Notes: generated by a model not told the origin, from the letters alone. A stretch of DNA of 64,000 nucleotides from an uncultured delta proteobacterium (GCA_963776345.1 CAVZMH010000013.1:1-64000); one strand, 5' to 3'; numbered from the stretch's first letter, positions 17,219 to 28,641 are shown. A program made the numbers and translations.

Positions 17219-18864
17219 ATGCACCGCGCAGCCAGTCTCTTCGTCGTCCTACTCTTGCCCGCGGCAGCCTGGAGTTCGCCGCCCGCGCCCGTCGACACGG
17301 TCTACAGGAACGGCAAGGTCTTCACGTCCGACCCGTCCCATCCGTGGGTGGAGGCCCTCGCCGTCCGAGGCGACCGCATCGCGGCCATCGGGAGCAACGA
17401 GGAGATTGGCCGGCTGGCCACTGCCGGAGTCCGGCGTGTCGACCTCGCGGGCCGCAGCGTCATCCCCGGGCTCAACGATGCCCACCACCACTTCGGCGAC
17501 GAGCCGGACGACACCCTCCAGCTCGAGACTTCGCCGGGGGCAACCTGGGCCGAGGTGGCGTCCGCCGTGGGCGCTCGGGCGTCAAAGACGCCGGGCAAGG
17601 CCTGGATCGTCGGGGAGATCGGCCCCAAGGCCTGGTTCGATCCCAAGGCCACGCGGGAATCCCTGGACGCGCTCGCTGGGGACCATCCGGTGGCGCTGCA
17701 GACACTCGGGAGTCATGGGGCCCTCGTCAACACGGCTGCGCTCAGCGCCGTGGGCCTGGGGACGACCCCGCCCGATCCGCCGGGAGGGTGGTTCGAGCGG
17801 ACGGGCAAGAGCTCCACGACGAACGGCCGGCTGCTCGAGTCGGCCTGCTTCGACTTCGACGTCCGCCGGCAGAAGCGGGTCGACCCCGCGACCGTCCGCC
17901 GTGACTTCCAGGACCTCGTGGTCCGCAAGGTCCGGCTCGGGTGGACCAGTCTGCAGACGATGGCCACCGTGCGGGTGACGGAGATGGTTCCGCTCGCCGT
18001 CGCCCATGCCGCTCCGCTCCGCATCCGGGTGATGCGTTTCCCGATCAACACCGCCGACACGGAGGAGATCGCGGCCCGGTCCGGGCCATACCCCCGCCCG
18101 GCTCCTCCGTGACCGTCTCGGGCCTGAAATGGTTCCTTGACGGGACTCCAGCCGAGAAAACGAACGCCATCCGCGGAACCTTCCCCGACGGGACAAAGCC
18201 GCGGCAGATCTACCCCCCGGCCCAGGTGCGCTTCATGCTCCAGCAGGGAGAGACGCTGCACCAGCCGCTGCTCTTCCATGCCGGCGGCGAGGCGGCCATT
18301 GACGAGCTCTTCACGGCCATGGAGTCGATGCCGGGGATCGACTGGCCGGCTCGCCGCGTTCGCATCGAACACGGCGACGAACTCCGGCCCCCGATGTTCG
18401 CCCGCGCCAAGCGGTTGGGAATCGTCCTGGTCCAGAATCCCTTCCACCTCGCGTTGCCACCGGGCATGCCCCGGACCACCCTTGCCCGAGCCTTCCCGCG
18501 CGGACCGGCGCAGCTCCTCCGGTCGGTGGTGGAAGCCGGCATCCCATTCGCCCTGGGCACGGACGGGCCGGACGACCCCGCACTGAACATCCTTCTGGCG
18601 GCGACGAACCCCAACAACCCGGATGAGGCCCTCACCCGGGAGCAGGCTGTCGTCGCCTTCACCCGGGGCGCGGCCTATGCCGAGTTCGCCGAGAAGGAGA
18701 AGGGCACCCTCGCACCCGGCATGCTGGCCGACTTCGTGGTGCTCTCGAAGGACATCTTCACCGCACCGGCCGCGGACGTCCCCACCATCCGACCAGTGCT
18801 CACCGTCATCGGCGGCAAGGTGGCCTTCGACGCCGTCGCCCCGCAGGACGCCGGGACGCGCTGA
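17219..18864 (+). CDS. Secreted amidohydrolase 3 (YtcJ-like), frameshift near 18100
   Basis: VDLAGRSVIPGLNDAHHH, KWFLDG, RIEHGD, ALGTD and KGTLAPGMLADFVVL across two frames. Confidence 0.85.
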
Positions 18865-18999
18865 CCCCTGTGCCAGAGGAGGTTGGCGGCCAGCGCCACG
18901 CCTCCGACGCAGACGGCGCCGCGGACCGAGGCGCTCCAGCCCATCGGGCTCGCCTTCGACACGGCATGCGCAAGGAGGAGCTCCTAGCCCTACGCCGGG

Positions 19000-19162
19000 A
19001 GCAGGTCGCTCTCGATCGCGACCCGACCGACGCTCTTACCGGTCTCTCGCACTAGCTTGACGGCCTGTGCCTTGAACTCCGGGGTGATACTCCTCCGCGC
19101 TCGCATCCCGATGGCGGACATGTACGTCTTTCCGTGGTCTCGACCAAAGCAGCGGAAGCCCA
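19000..19162 (-). pseudogene. IS3-family transposase orfA 5' fragment
   Basis: MRARRSITPEFKAQAVKLVRETGKSVGRVA is a typical IS3 orfA HTH start and is truncated shortly after. Confidence 0.7.
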
Positions 19163-19206
19163 CATCGTTCGAGACGCCGTCGGCCAGGCTTCGAGATCGC
19201 GCGGCT

Positions 19207-20976
19207 TCAGTGGCCGCCGTGCGGCTGCCACACCGGCGCGCCGTCTTCCCACTGGTTGTCGGTGAGCTGTTCGACCTCACTGCCGTCGACGCGCATGACG
19301 AAGATGTCACCGTACGGCTGCGGGTTCTGGGTGTTCAGCGCCTCGTCTTTGAATCCGGCACGGCTGCTCGTGAACACCAAGTGCTCGCCATCGGGGGAGA
19401 AGCTCGCGTGGGCATCGATGCCGCGGGTGTGGGTGAGGCGGCGCAACCCGCTGCCATCCGGATGGATGGTGAACACGGAAAAGTCATCGCCCACCTTGCG
19501 CGTGAACGCGATCAGATTATCGCGCGGTGACCAGGCGGGGAAGTTGTCCCGCTCGCGAGTCAATACGGTGATCGAATGATCGGCGAGGCCCATGAGCCGC
19601 AGTCCCTGGCCCAGGGGGCCGGAGGTGCGGAACACGATCCGCCGGCCCTCGGGCGCAAGCGAGGCGAAGGCGTTGTCGTTGGCGTCCGCGGTCAGGAACG
19701 TCAGCCCCGTCCCGTCCGCGTTGAGGAGGGCGAGCTGCGCCTTGCCGCTCCGCGTCGCCGGCACCACATGGAAGCGGCTGAGGTTGCCCACGGTCACCAG
19801 GATCTGGTGGCCATCGGCTGTCCATTGCGGCGACAGCAGTGATTCGGCGCTCCTGTAGACCTCACGCGGTGGCTGGCCCTCATCGACCACGTACAGGCCC
19901 ATCGTCTTGCCTGGCGCGCGCACCGTGACGGCAAAGCGCTGGCCGGAGCGATCGTAGGCGGGGAAGAAGGCACTTCCAATGAGCTCATAGCGCGGATCCC
20001 TGCTGTGCAGCGCATGCGGGGCAACCGCGAGGTCCCCCGCGAGCCGGCTGTACACGATGCGGGACCCGTCGGGGGACCAGGAGGGGGTGGCAAGGTCATC
20101 TCCCTTCGGTCCACGGCGGCCGCCCTCGTAGAACACGCCTGGCCGGTCGACCCCAACCCAGGCCAATGCACCGGACGGCAGCAACGCCGGGGAGATCATG
20201 ATGCCGTCGCCCGCGGCGATGCGGGTGTAGCGACTGGTGGCGACGTTCAGGCGCAACAGCTGCGTGGCCCCCCGCTGCGTACCGGTACGGAATCCGAACG
20301 AGGCCTCCGACGTGCCGCAGTAGACGATGAGGCTGGCGCTATCGCTCGACCAGCGCGGGCCGCCGCAGAATCCTCCGTGGGCCGAGATGCGCCTGAGCCC
20401 GCGTCCGTCGGGGTGCACGACGTACACATCCAAGAGTTGCAGTCGCTCCCAACCACCCGCGGTGGCCGGCTGGGGACTGTCGCGGTCCGAGGAGAAAGCG
20501 ATCCACTGCCCGTCGGGTGACCAGGCCGGGCGAAAATCCCCGCCTCCGCCCGCGGTCAGAGGATGCACGGCCCGCGTGGCAAGATCGAGAATCCACAGGC
20601 GCGCCTGCCCGCCACCGCGTGTGGAGACGAAGACGATCTGCCGGCCGTCCGGCGAGAACGCTGCCTGGTCATCAAAAGCCGGATCATCCGTGAGGCGTTC
20701 CAGCCCCGTGCCATCCGGGTGGACGCGGTAGATATCCGCCGAGCCGGCCCGCTCCGAGGTGAACGCGATCCAGTCGCCAAGCGCGGACCAGGCTGGGTTG
20801 TAGTCGACGTTGCCGGCGCCGGTCAGCGGCTCCTCGTGCGTTCCATCGGCGTGCGCGATGTAGAGACGACCCGCGGTGGGCGCGAGGCTCATGAACAGGA
20901 TGCGCTCAGCAGCGGCGGCGGCGCCATTGATGCCCAGCACGGCGGCCATCAGGAATCGGATACCCACGGCGCTCAT
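19207..20976 (-). CDS. TolB-like beta-propeller protein (PD40 repeats), exported
   Basis: Repeated PAWSPDG/AFSPDG motifs; signal-like N-terminus from ATG 20976. Confidence 0.85.
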   Translation of the reverse strand: MSAVGIRFLMAAVLGINGAAAAAERILFMSLAPTAGRLYIAHADGTHEEPLTGAGNVDYNPAWSALGDWIAFTSERAGSADIYRVHPDGTGLERLTDDPAFDDQAAFSPDGRQIVFVSTRGGGQARLWILDLATRAVHPLTAGGGGDFRPAWSPDGQWIAFSSDRDSPQPATAGGWERLQLLDVYVVHPDGRGLRRISAHGGFCGGPRWSSDSASLIVYCGTSEASFGFRTGTQRGATQLLRLNVATSRYTRIAAGDGIMISPALLPSGALAWVGVDRPGVFYEGGRRGPKGDDLATPSWSPDGSRIVYSRLAGDLAVAPHALHSRDPRYELIGSAFFPAYDRSGQRFAVTVRAPGKTMGLYVVDEGQPPREVYRSAESLLSPQWTADGHQILVTVGNLSRFHVVPATRSGKAQLALLNADGTGLTFLTADANDNAFASLAPEGRRIVFRTSGPLGQGLRLMGLADHSITVLTRERDNFPAWSPRDNLIAFTRKVGDDFSVFTIHPDGSGLRRLTHTRGIDAHASFSPDGEHLVFTSSRAGFKDEALNTQNPQPYGDIFVMRVDGSEVEQLTDNQWEDGAPVWQPHGGH

Positions 20977-21592
20977 GACCTTCCGCAGCGCGGGTAAAGT
21001 CGTTGGGCGAGTTCGTCCCGGAGCCTGAGCCAGACGAGGGGGAGGAAGTCTGGCCGGAGGTGCTCGGCGGGCGTGCCCACGCCTCGGAGGGTAGAGCAAT
21101 CGAGGCCCGTCGTCAGACTTGGTCCCGGAGTCCGTACCTCTGTTGCGACTGTATGAGTTCTTGCAGAAGTCTGCTGGTCGGGCCTCTAGGCCGACGGTTG
21201 CGTGTTCGGTCATGCCGAGTCGCTCGTCGCCGAGCCGTGCGCTCGGTGGGGCTACCAGCCTTGTTCTTCCTCACCTCGGAAAAGCGGATAGTTGTTGCCG
21301 CCCCTCCGGGCGAGGGGACAATTTCTGGCGTCTGCTCTGCCTCCGGAGGCGGAATGCGGTCCGGGTGGAGGCGAAGGCCGACCGACGTAGGTCGCGCTCC
21401 GCGAGGTCAGACGTGTGCAGGTCACTGAAGGCAGGCAGAGCCTGAACGCCGCGGAGTGCGGACCGCGTCGTTACCCGGGGGTGCGCGGCGTGGTCGCCGC
21501 CGTGCCGGGAACCACTTCACCCCCGGCTGAGGCCGGGGCTTCCTGAAGGCCGCGATGTCCTCCGGCGCGCATGTTCTGCGTGAACCCGGGGC

Positions 21593-24022
21593 ATGGGCCC
21601 CAAACTCGCCTCCCGGACGGTTCTCCCCTTCCTGGCCGCACTTCTGTTCGGCTGCTCGGGCGGCGGATGCGGATTGGAACCCCCGCGTGCGGGGCCCGGT
21701 CCCTTCGGGATGCGCTCTGCTCAGCAGATCGAAGGTGGGATGCAGCTCCGGCTCACCGCCGCCGGAGTGCAGCGTCTGGCCGCCGGGCTGGCACCCGCCA
21801 TCGACAGCGCGCTCGGCGCGGTGTGCGTGCCGCCGATCACCTACTCCGAGGGTTCGGACTGCTTCGGCACCCAGGTGACGATCTGTGGCCACCCCGACTG
21901 CCCGGGTGGCCAGCTGGGCTGTCCGATCGCCATCCGGCCGATTCCGGATGGGCTCGCGGTCGACGCGTTCTCCGACGCGGGAACCCCGGGCCTCGCGCTG
22001 GCGCTCCTCTTCGATGCCGAGGTCAACGCCAAGGTGGACTTCACCACCTCGCTCGCCTGCATCTCTTCGTCGGCCAGCTGCACCCTCGCCGTCACCTCCA
22101 ACCACCAGGTCGATCCGACCCGGCCCCCCCTCCGGGGAACCGCGCACATCGTTCTTTCCATCGACCCGGTCAGCGGAGCGCTGGACGCAACCGTGACGGA
22201 TGCCGCGATCGACACCACTGAGCTCGGCGCGACCGGTTGCGCCGGTCTTGGCTCCGTGGTCACGGCCTTCCTCCCCGACGTCGGGGCAGAGCTGTCCAGG
22301 GTCCTCACCGGGACGCTGAATCCGGTGCTCGCCGCTGCACTGCCGGTCCCCGCCGGCATCGCCGGAACCCTCGACCTGGGACAGCTCCTAGGACCGGCCG
22401 TGCCACCCGACACCAGCCTCGAGGTGCTCGCGGTCCTCGGCGGGTGGGTCCAGGCCCCGAACGGCGGCCTCTCCGTCGGCGTGCTCGCCGGGGCGAACAG
22501 CGACCGCGACCCGGCGACGCGCACGCCCGATGCTTCCTCGGAGCCCTCGGCGTGCGTCCCCGGCTTCCCGAGCACGCTTGACCTGGGGGCCGCGCCCCAC
22601 GCGCTGCCCTTCAATCCGGGACGGCAGGACTACCTCCTCTCGCCCGCCGACCAGAGCCTGGGGGCACCCGAACCTCTCCTCTCCGACGGGGGGCTGGCGG
22701 ACTTCTCCCTGGCCGTCTCCGAAGATCTCCTCGCGCTCCATGCGTTCCACGTCACGAGCGGAGGCCTCCTCTGCTTCGGCGCGTCCGACCCCGGCTTTCT
22801 CACCCTGGGATCGCTCTCAACGCTCGCCGAGGTGAGCGGTTCCGGGCGCGACGCCTACCAGTCACCGCTCACCGTTGCTCTCCGCCCGACCCAGCCGCTT
22901 CGGATCCAGCTGGGCAGCGGCGAAGCGGGCGATCCGTTGCTCCAGCTCCGCCTGAACGGCGTCGGCGCAGCCCTGGTGGCGGATGGCGGCTCCGCCGTCG
23001 CTCCGGGCGCGGACGTCACGCTCGGCTTCGACCTCGAGGTGATTCCCACCGCTTCGGGCCTCGCCCTGGAACCGTTGCTCGTCGCGGTGGACGTCGCCGA
23101 CGGGGGAAGCTGGCAACAGGCCATCGCCGGCGCAGCCGAGCTGCTGGCAGGCTCGGTGGTCACGCCGCTCCCGCTGCCCTCGGTTCCCGGGCTGTCCGCG
23201 GAGGCCGTCACGCTCCAGCGGTTCGACACCACCCAGTCCCGGTTCCTCGCGATCCAGGGGGCCTGGAGTGCGTCAGCTCCGGCCCGGACGCAGACGGTCG
23301 ACGCGGTCGGTGCGGTGACCTCCGTCGTCGCCCCGGGACTCGACGGCCTGCGCGCCGCCGCCGCGGGGGACGGGGACGGCGGAGTGCCCGCGGTCCGGCT
23401 GGCGCTGCAGGGCGACGCCGGGCCCACCGAGTGGAGCGTGCGAGTGGATCGCGCGCCCTGGCACGCCTGGAGCTCCGATCCGGCACCGGTGGTCACCGAT
23501 CCGCTGCTGTTTCTCCAGGGCCACCACGTCATCGAGGTGCGGGCACGCATTCGGGGAGCCCCGCTGTCCACCGGCGGGCAAACCCTTCGGCTCCCGGTCC
23601 TGCTCGACACCGTCCCTCCGACGCTCGAGCCAGGAGTGGACCCCGACGACGGGACGCAGATCGCCTTCAACGCGCGGGACTTCGTCTCTCCGCCCGAGGC
23701 GATGCAGTACGCCTGGAAGGCGGGTGACCGGAGCAACCCCTTCACCGCGGCGAGGACAGTCGCCGTCGCCGACGCGCTGGCCGCGACGTCACAGGGGAAG
23801 TTGGCGCTGGTGCTGATGGCGCGCGACGAGGCGGGGAACATCGGCCAGGCGTCGTTCGACGTCTCCTCGCTGACCGGGACCAAGACCGGTTGTGGCTGCA
23901 CCAACACTTCCGGGGCCGAGCTCGGCCCCGGGCTCGCCCTGCTGTTGCTCGGGCTCCGGCGTCCGAGGCGGGGCCGATCTGCACCACCACCGCCATCCGC
24001 CGGTGGTCCGGAGCGACCCTGA
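21593..24022 (+). CDS. Large exported Cys-containing (lipo)protein with MYXO-CTERM-like anchor
   Basis: LLFGCSGGGC N-terminus; C-terminal GCGCTNTSGAELGPGLALLLLGLRRPRR. Confidence 0.75.
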   Translation: MGPKLASRTVLPFLAALLFGCSGGGCGLEPPRAGPGPFGMRSAQQIEGGMQLRLTAAGVQRLAAGLAPAIDSALGAVCVPPITYSEGSDCFGTQVTICGHPDCPGGQLGCPIAIRPIPDGLAVDAFSDAGTPGLALALLFDAEVNAKVDFTTSLACISSSASCTLAVTSNHQVDPTRPPLRGTAHIVLSIDPVSGALDATVTDAAIDTTELGATGCAGLGSVVTAFLPDVGAELSRVLTGTLNPVLAAALPVPAGIAGTLDLGQLLGPAVPPDTSLEVLAVLGGWVQAPNGGLSVGVLAGANSDRDPATRTPDASSEPSACVPGFPSTLDLGAAPHALPFNPGRQDYLLSPADQSLGAPEPLLSDGGLADFSLAVSEDLLALHAFHVTSGGLLCFGASDPGFLTLGSLSTLAEVSGSGRDAYQSPLTVALRPTQPLRIQLGSGEAGDPLLQLRLNGVGAALVADGGSAVAPGADVTLGFDLEVIPTASGLALEPLLVAVDVADGGSWQQAIAGAAELLAGSVVTPLPLPSVPGLSAEAVTLQRFDTTQSRFLAIQGAWSASAPARTQTVDAVGAVTSVVAPGLDGLRAAAAGDGDGGVPAVRLALQGDAGPTEWSVRVDRAPWHAWSSDPAPVVTDPLLFLQGHHVIEVRARIRGAPLSTGGQTLRLPVLLDTVPPTLEPGVDPDDGTQIAFNARDFVSPPEAMQYAWKAGDRSNPFTAARTVAVADALAATSQGKLALVLMARDEAGNIGQASFDVSSLTGTKTGCGCTNTSGAELGPGLALLLLGLRRPRRGRSAPPPPSAGGPERP

Positions 24023-24082
24023 TCCGGCCCCCTTCCCGGGCGATGCCGGCAGTCCCTCCCGGCGGCGAAGTAGTCTCCGGGC

Positions 24083-24601
24083 ATGTCCAGCGGTGGAGTC
24101 GCCTCCCCAGGGGAGAGCTTCAGCGCCGTCTACGCAGTGCTCCGGCGGCTGGCGACCCAGCAGCTTCGACGCCGCGGACCGGGCACCCTGGAGACCACCT
24201 CGCTGGTCCATGAGGCCTGGATGCGACTGGCGCAGAAGACCCATTTCGAGAGCCGTGGACACTTCCTCGCCGTGGCGGCGACCGCGATGCGCCAGATTCT
24301 CGTCGACCACGCACGGAAGCGCCAGGCGGAGAAGCGCGGCGGCGGCGCGGTCTTCGTCACTTCCGGGCTCGGGGAGGCGAAGGTGGAGGCCAACGTGGAG
24401 CTGGTGCTCGGTGTCCATGCTGCGCTCAGCAAGCTCGAGGCGCTCGATGCCCGGCTGGCCCGGATCCTCGAGTGGCGCTTCTTCGCCGGGTTGGACGAGG
24501 AGGAGATCGCCAAGGCGCTGGACGTGGACGTGCGAACGGTCCGCCGTGGATTCCGCAAGGCCCGCGCTTTCGTCCTTGCCGACTTCTCCGAGCTGCCATG
24601 A
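24083..24601 (+). CDS. ECF-type sigma factor of the kinase-associated type
   Basis: LETTSLVHEAWMRL, HFLAVAATAMRQILVDHAR..KRGGG, RFFAGLDEEEIA. Confidence 0.9.
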   Translation: MSSGGVASPGESFSAVYAVLRRLATQQLRRRGPGTLETTSLVHEAWMRLAQKTHFESRGHFLAVAATAMRQILVDHARKRQAEKRGGGAVFVTSGLGEAKVEANVELVLGVHAALSKLEALDARLARILEWRFFAGLDEEEIAKALDVDVRTVRRGFRKARAFVLADFSELP

Positions 24602-27051
24602 GATCCGAGCAAGCTTGCTTCCAGGCGGCGCTGGAGCTCGTCGATCGAGCGCTGGATCTGCCTTTGGCGGAGCGGGAGGCAGTGCTGCAGGGCGAGGCCG
24701 ACCCGGAGGTACAGGCGCAGGCCAGGAGATTGCTCGAGGCCGACCAGCGGGCCGACGACTTCCTGAATGAGCCGGCAGCGCACCATCTCTCCTCGGCGGT
24801 CGCCTCGCTCGCCCGGGCCGCGCCAGCCGCCCGGGCCGGTGAGCAGATCGGCCCCTTCCGGCTCCGCTCACTCCTCGGCCACGGAGGAATGGGCGAGGTG
24901 TGGCTCGCCGAGCGCGCCGGCGCCGATTTTCAGCAGCAGGTAGCGATTAAGCTCCTCCCTCTCTCCAGCGGTCCCGAGGCCGCCGCCCGCTTTCGTCGGG
25001 AGCGACGCATCCTCGGCCGGCTCTCCCATCCGCACATCGCCCGGTTGCTCGACGGAGGGCTGACCGCCTCGGGGCACCCCTGGCTGGCCATGGAGCTGGT
25101 GCCTGGCACCAACCTCGCCGAGCACTGCGCCAGGGAGCGCCTAGGAGTGGAAGCCCGGCTGCGGCTCATCGCGGAGGTCTGCGACGCGGTGCAGTTCGCA
25201 CACCAGAACCTGGTGGTCCATCGAGATCTCAAACCGAGCAACGTCCTGGTCGGACCGGGCGGAGCACCGAAGCTCCTCGACTTCGGCATCGCCAAGCTCC
25301 TCCAGGAGAGGAGCGAGGACGGGGTCCTCACCCACGCCGAGGAGCGGCCGATGACCCTGCAGTACGCCGCTCCCGAGCAGCTCCGGGCGGGCGACATCAC
25401 CACTGCCACCGACGTCTGGGCCCTGGGGGTGATGCTCTACGAGCTCCTCTCCGGACGGAAGCCCTTCACCGGGGCGAGCCGGGTGGAGACGGAGGAGGCG
25501 ATCCTCGCCGCCTCTCCCCTCAGGCCGAGCGTGGAGATCGACCCCTCCTGCCTCGCGCCGGGGGAATCACTCTCCGAACGTCGGGGACGGCTCCGCGGCG
25601 ACCTGGAGGCGATCATCCTCAAGGCGATCCGTCCCAGTCCGGGCGATCGCTACCCGTCCGCGGAGGCACTGGCTCTCGACGTTCGCCGGCATCTCGCCCG
25701 CGCCCCGGTCTCTGCTCGCGGCGATGCGACGGGCTATCTCCTCCGGACGATGCTCCGGCGGCACCGGGCTGCATTCAGCCTCGTCGCCACCGCGCTGCTC
25801 GCCCTCGTGCTCGGGATGGCGACCACCCTCTGGCAAGCGAGACGGGCGCGGGAGGAAGCGCGGCGTTCGGAGCGGGCGCAGGATTTCCTGGTCGGCGTGC
25901 TCCGCGCGTTCGACCCACGTGACTCGGGCGACCGGCCCATGACCCAGCGGGAGATACTGGCCAGGGGCGAGGACCGGCTGGACGAGCTGAAGGGCGAACC
26001 GGAGATCCAGGCCCGGCTCCTCCAGGTGTTCGCCGAGACCTGGTACGACCTCGGCGACTACCAGCGGGGAAAAGCCTCGGCCGAGCGCGCGCTGGAGCTG
26101 CAGCGAGCGGTCGCCCCGCGTAGCGCCGACGTCGCCCGGACGCTCCTGCTGCTGGGAAATCTCCACTTCGAGCTCGGCGAGTATCTGGAGGCAGCGCGCC
26201 TCATCGACCAGGCGCTCCCCATTGCCCGCGCGGCGGAAGGAGCTCGCGGCGCGCTGGTGGCACGGGCGCTCAATGATCTGGCCGGCGTCCAGCGGCGCTT
26301 GACCCACTTCGCCGACGCCGAGCGGCTCCGGCGAGAGGCACTGGAGATCTATCGCTTGACGCTCGGGGATCGGAATCCCGAGACGTTGGGGGTGATGAAC
26401 GATCTCGCGGTGCTGATCGGTGACGAGGGTCACTTCGCCGAGAGCGCCCAACTCCAGGAACAGACCTGCCGGTTGATGGAGAGCGCAGGCGGCAAGACCC
26501 ACGCCGACACGCTGATCTGCTGGAGCAACCTGGCGCGGGACCTGGTCGAGCTCGGCCGAGCAAGCGACGCCGAGGCGCTGGCCTCCAGGGTCCAGGCGCA
26601 GCAGATCGCCACCTTTGGCGGCGAGTGGGGGGACCTCCCGGCGGTGGAGACGATCCGCGCCCGGGCCCTGGACGCGCTTGGCCGTTCGGCTGAGGCGGTG
26701 CAGGTGTTCGAGGACGCGATCTCCCGGGCCACCCGGTCCTCGGGCGCCGAGCCCGGCCAGATCGCCTCATTCCTCACCTACGAGTCCATGGCGCTGCGAC
26801 ACCAGCGGCGGATTCCGGAGGCGGAACGTGTCGCGCGCCAGGCCCTCGCCATCGCCGTGCGCCGCTTCGGCGAGGAGCACGCCACGACCGCCAGGGCTCA
26901 CTATGCGCTGGGGTGTGCCCTCTTCGACCTCGGTCGTCGGGACGAGGCCCGGGCGGAGACCACCCGCGCCCTCGGCGTCCAGGAGAGGATGCTCGGGGCC
27001 GGACATGCCGATACCCTGCGGACGCGGGCCGAGGCCGCGCACCAGCTCTGA
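24598..27051 (+). CDS. Hanks-type Ser/Thr protein kinase with TM segment and TPR repeats
   Basis: GHGGMGEVW, VAIK, HRDLKPSN, DFG, YAAPE and DVWALG motifs; ATGA overlap with the sigma gene. Confidence 0.93.
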   Translation: MRSEQACFQAALELVDRALDLPLAEREAVLQGEADPEVQAQARRLLEADQRADDFLNEPAAHHLSSAVASLARAAPAARAGEQIGPFRLRSLLGHGGMGEVWLAERAGADFQQQVAIKLLPLSSGPEAAARFRRERRILGRLSHPHIARLLDGGLTASGHPWLAMELVPGTNLAEHCARERLGVEARLRLIAEVCDAVQFAHQNLVVHRDLKPSNVLVGPGGAPKLLDFGIAKLLQERSEDGVLTHAEERPMTLQYAAPEQLRAGDITTATDVWALGVMLYELLSGRKPFTGASRVETEEAILAASPLRPSVEIDPSCLAPGESLSERRGRLRGDLEAIILKAIRPSPGDRYPSAEALALDVRRHLARAPVSARGDATGYLLRTMLRRHRAAFSLVATALLALVLGMATTLWQARRAREEARRSERAQDFLVGVLRAFDPRDSGDRPMTQREILARGEDRLDELKGEPEIQARLLQVFAETWYDLGDYQRGKASAERALELQRAVAPRSADVARTLLLLGNLHFELGEYLEAARLIDQALPIARAAEGARGALVARALNDLAGVQRRLTHFADAERLRREALEIYRLTLGDRNPETLGVMNDLAVLIGDEGHFAESAQLQEQTCRLMESAGGKTHADTLICWSNLARDLVELGRASDAEALASRVQAQQIATFGGEWGDLPAVETIRARALDALGRSAEAVQVFEDAISRATRSSGAEPGQIASFLTYESMALRHQRRIPEAERVARQALAIAVRRFGEEHATTARAHYALGCALFDLGRRDEARAETTRALGVQERMLGAGHADTLRTRAEAAHQL

Positions 27052-27102
27052 GGCGTCCGGTGGGGGTGTCCTCTCCCCTGCTCCGATTGCGTGAACCTGG
27101 GC

Positions 27103-28263
27103 ATGACGCCCACCACCCAGCGGATGCTCCTGGCCCCTCTCGCCCTCTGTTGCACCCTCGTCGCATGCAGCGGGGGGGGCTCCCCGAACACCGGGGGTCC
27201 CCCCGACGCCGGTGCCGGGGGATTCGGATTCTCGCCCTCCAACGTGGACCCGTCGCAGCTCGATTTCAGCAACGTGGGAGACCTCATGGTCACCTCGGAC
27301 CGGACCTGGGAGACGGGCAACGGTGGACTACTGGGGAGCGACAACGCCGCCGGGTACCACTACCGGGAGGTCTCCCAGCTGACGACCAACCTCAAGCTCG
27401 GCGTCTTCACCGTCCGCTCTCTCACCATCGCCGCCGGCAAAACGGTTCGCGTGGTCGGCCCGGACGCTCTGGTGATCGTCGCGCTCGACCGCATCGACAT
27501 CCAGGGAAACCTCTTCGGCAACTCCCAGTTCGTGCCCGCCTTTCTCGGACCGGGGGCGGAGCAGAATCCGCCTGGCGACAACACCCCGGGCGTCGGAGCC
27601 GGTGGGGGTGGTACTGGCAGCGACGATTCATCGGGGGGTGGTGGAGGGTTCTGCGGCAAGGGTGGGAAGGGGGCCTCGCTGGCCCCGGGCGGTGATGCCC
27701 AGGGAGGGGGGATGAACGGAACCCCGTTCCTCGTCCCGCTCACCGCCGGGTCTGCCGGCGGATCGGGCGCCGGGCCGGGCGGTGCAGGGGGAGGGGCGAT
27801 CCAGCTCGTCGCCGCGAACGCCATCGCCGTCCCCGGGAAGATCCACGTGGGCGGCGAGGGCGGCTACACCGGTGGCGTCTACAATCCAGCCGGCTCGCAG
27901 GAAGCCGGCGGCGGCGGGAGCGGTGGGGCGATCCTGCTCGAGGCGCCCTCGGTGCAGATCACCGGAACGCTGGCGGCGAACGGCGGAGGTGGGGGGCAAG
28001 GCGACGGCACGTTCGGAGCCGACGCCACCCCCGACTCCACCGCGGCCAAGGGCGGCAACGACGGCATGCACGGGTCGCTCGGCGGCGACGGAAGCTCGAG
28101 CAGCGGCATCGACGGTGAGGATGGCAAGGTGGACCCCGACACGACCGCCGGTGGTGGAGGCGGTGCTGCCGGCCGGATCCGCATCAACAGTCGTCCCGAC
28201 GGCTCCTTCATCGGCGGGACAATCTCGCCGTCGTCCATCTGCACGACCCTGGGAACGCTCTGA
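27103..28263 (+). CDS. Glycine-rich lipoprotein
   Basis: LVAC lipobox; GGGAIQL, GGGGSGGAILL and GGGGAAGRIRI repeats. Alternative start at 27091. Confidence 0.75.
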   Translation: MTPTTQRMLLAPLALCCTLVACSGGGSPNTGGPPDAGAGGFGFSPSNVDPSQLDFSNVGDLMVTSDRTWETGNGGLLGSDNAAGYHYREVSQLTTNLKLGVFTVRSLTIAAGKTVRVVGPDALVIVALDRIDIQGNLFGNSQFVPAFLGPGAEQNPPGDNTPGVGAGGGGTGSDDSSGGGGGFCGKGGKGASLAPGGDAQGGGMNGTPFLVPLTAGSAGGSGAGPGGAGGGAIQLVAANAIAVPGKIHVGGEGGYTGGVYNPAGSQEAGGGGSGGAILLEAPSVQITGTLAANGGGGGQGDGTFGADATPDSTAAKGGNDGMHGSLGGDGSSSSGIDGEDGKVDPDTTAGGGGGAAGRIRINSRPDGSFIGGTISPSSICTTLGTL

Positions 28264-28414
28264 ACTCGTTCTCAGTGGCCCCGGCGCTGGCGTCCGTCTG
28301 ACGGCAGCCGGCTCCGCCGTCCTCGCCCGACTCCGCCACCCGGGCGAGCTGCGCCTTCACCGCCGCCAGGGCCACGGTGTTCCCCTCCTGGACGTAGCCC
28401 TCGCTGAAAACCCC

Positions 28415-28641
28415 TCCCGCAATCGATTGCGGGACCGTGCTTTGGGAGCTCGAACTGGCTCTCGAATCGGCCCGAAAATACGCTCCACAGTACGCTCCCG
28501 GATCGGGCGCATTCTCGGGCCGTTTCCCGGGCGGTAAGCGGGGCGGATTCAAGCGGCCGTCGTCAGGCATTTCGGGCCCTTCCGCCCTCGCCCACCCGTT
28601 TCGCATGCAGCACGGAGAGCACCCCCAAATTCGACGGGGTG
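28415..28641. other. Conserved non-coding block (candidate oriT) with 20-bp palindrome tcccgcaatcgattgcggga
   Basis: Inverted homologue of 3613-3886; lies just upstream of a relaxase-like fragment. Confidence 0.6.
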
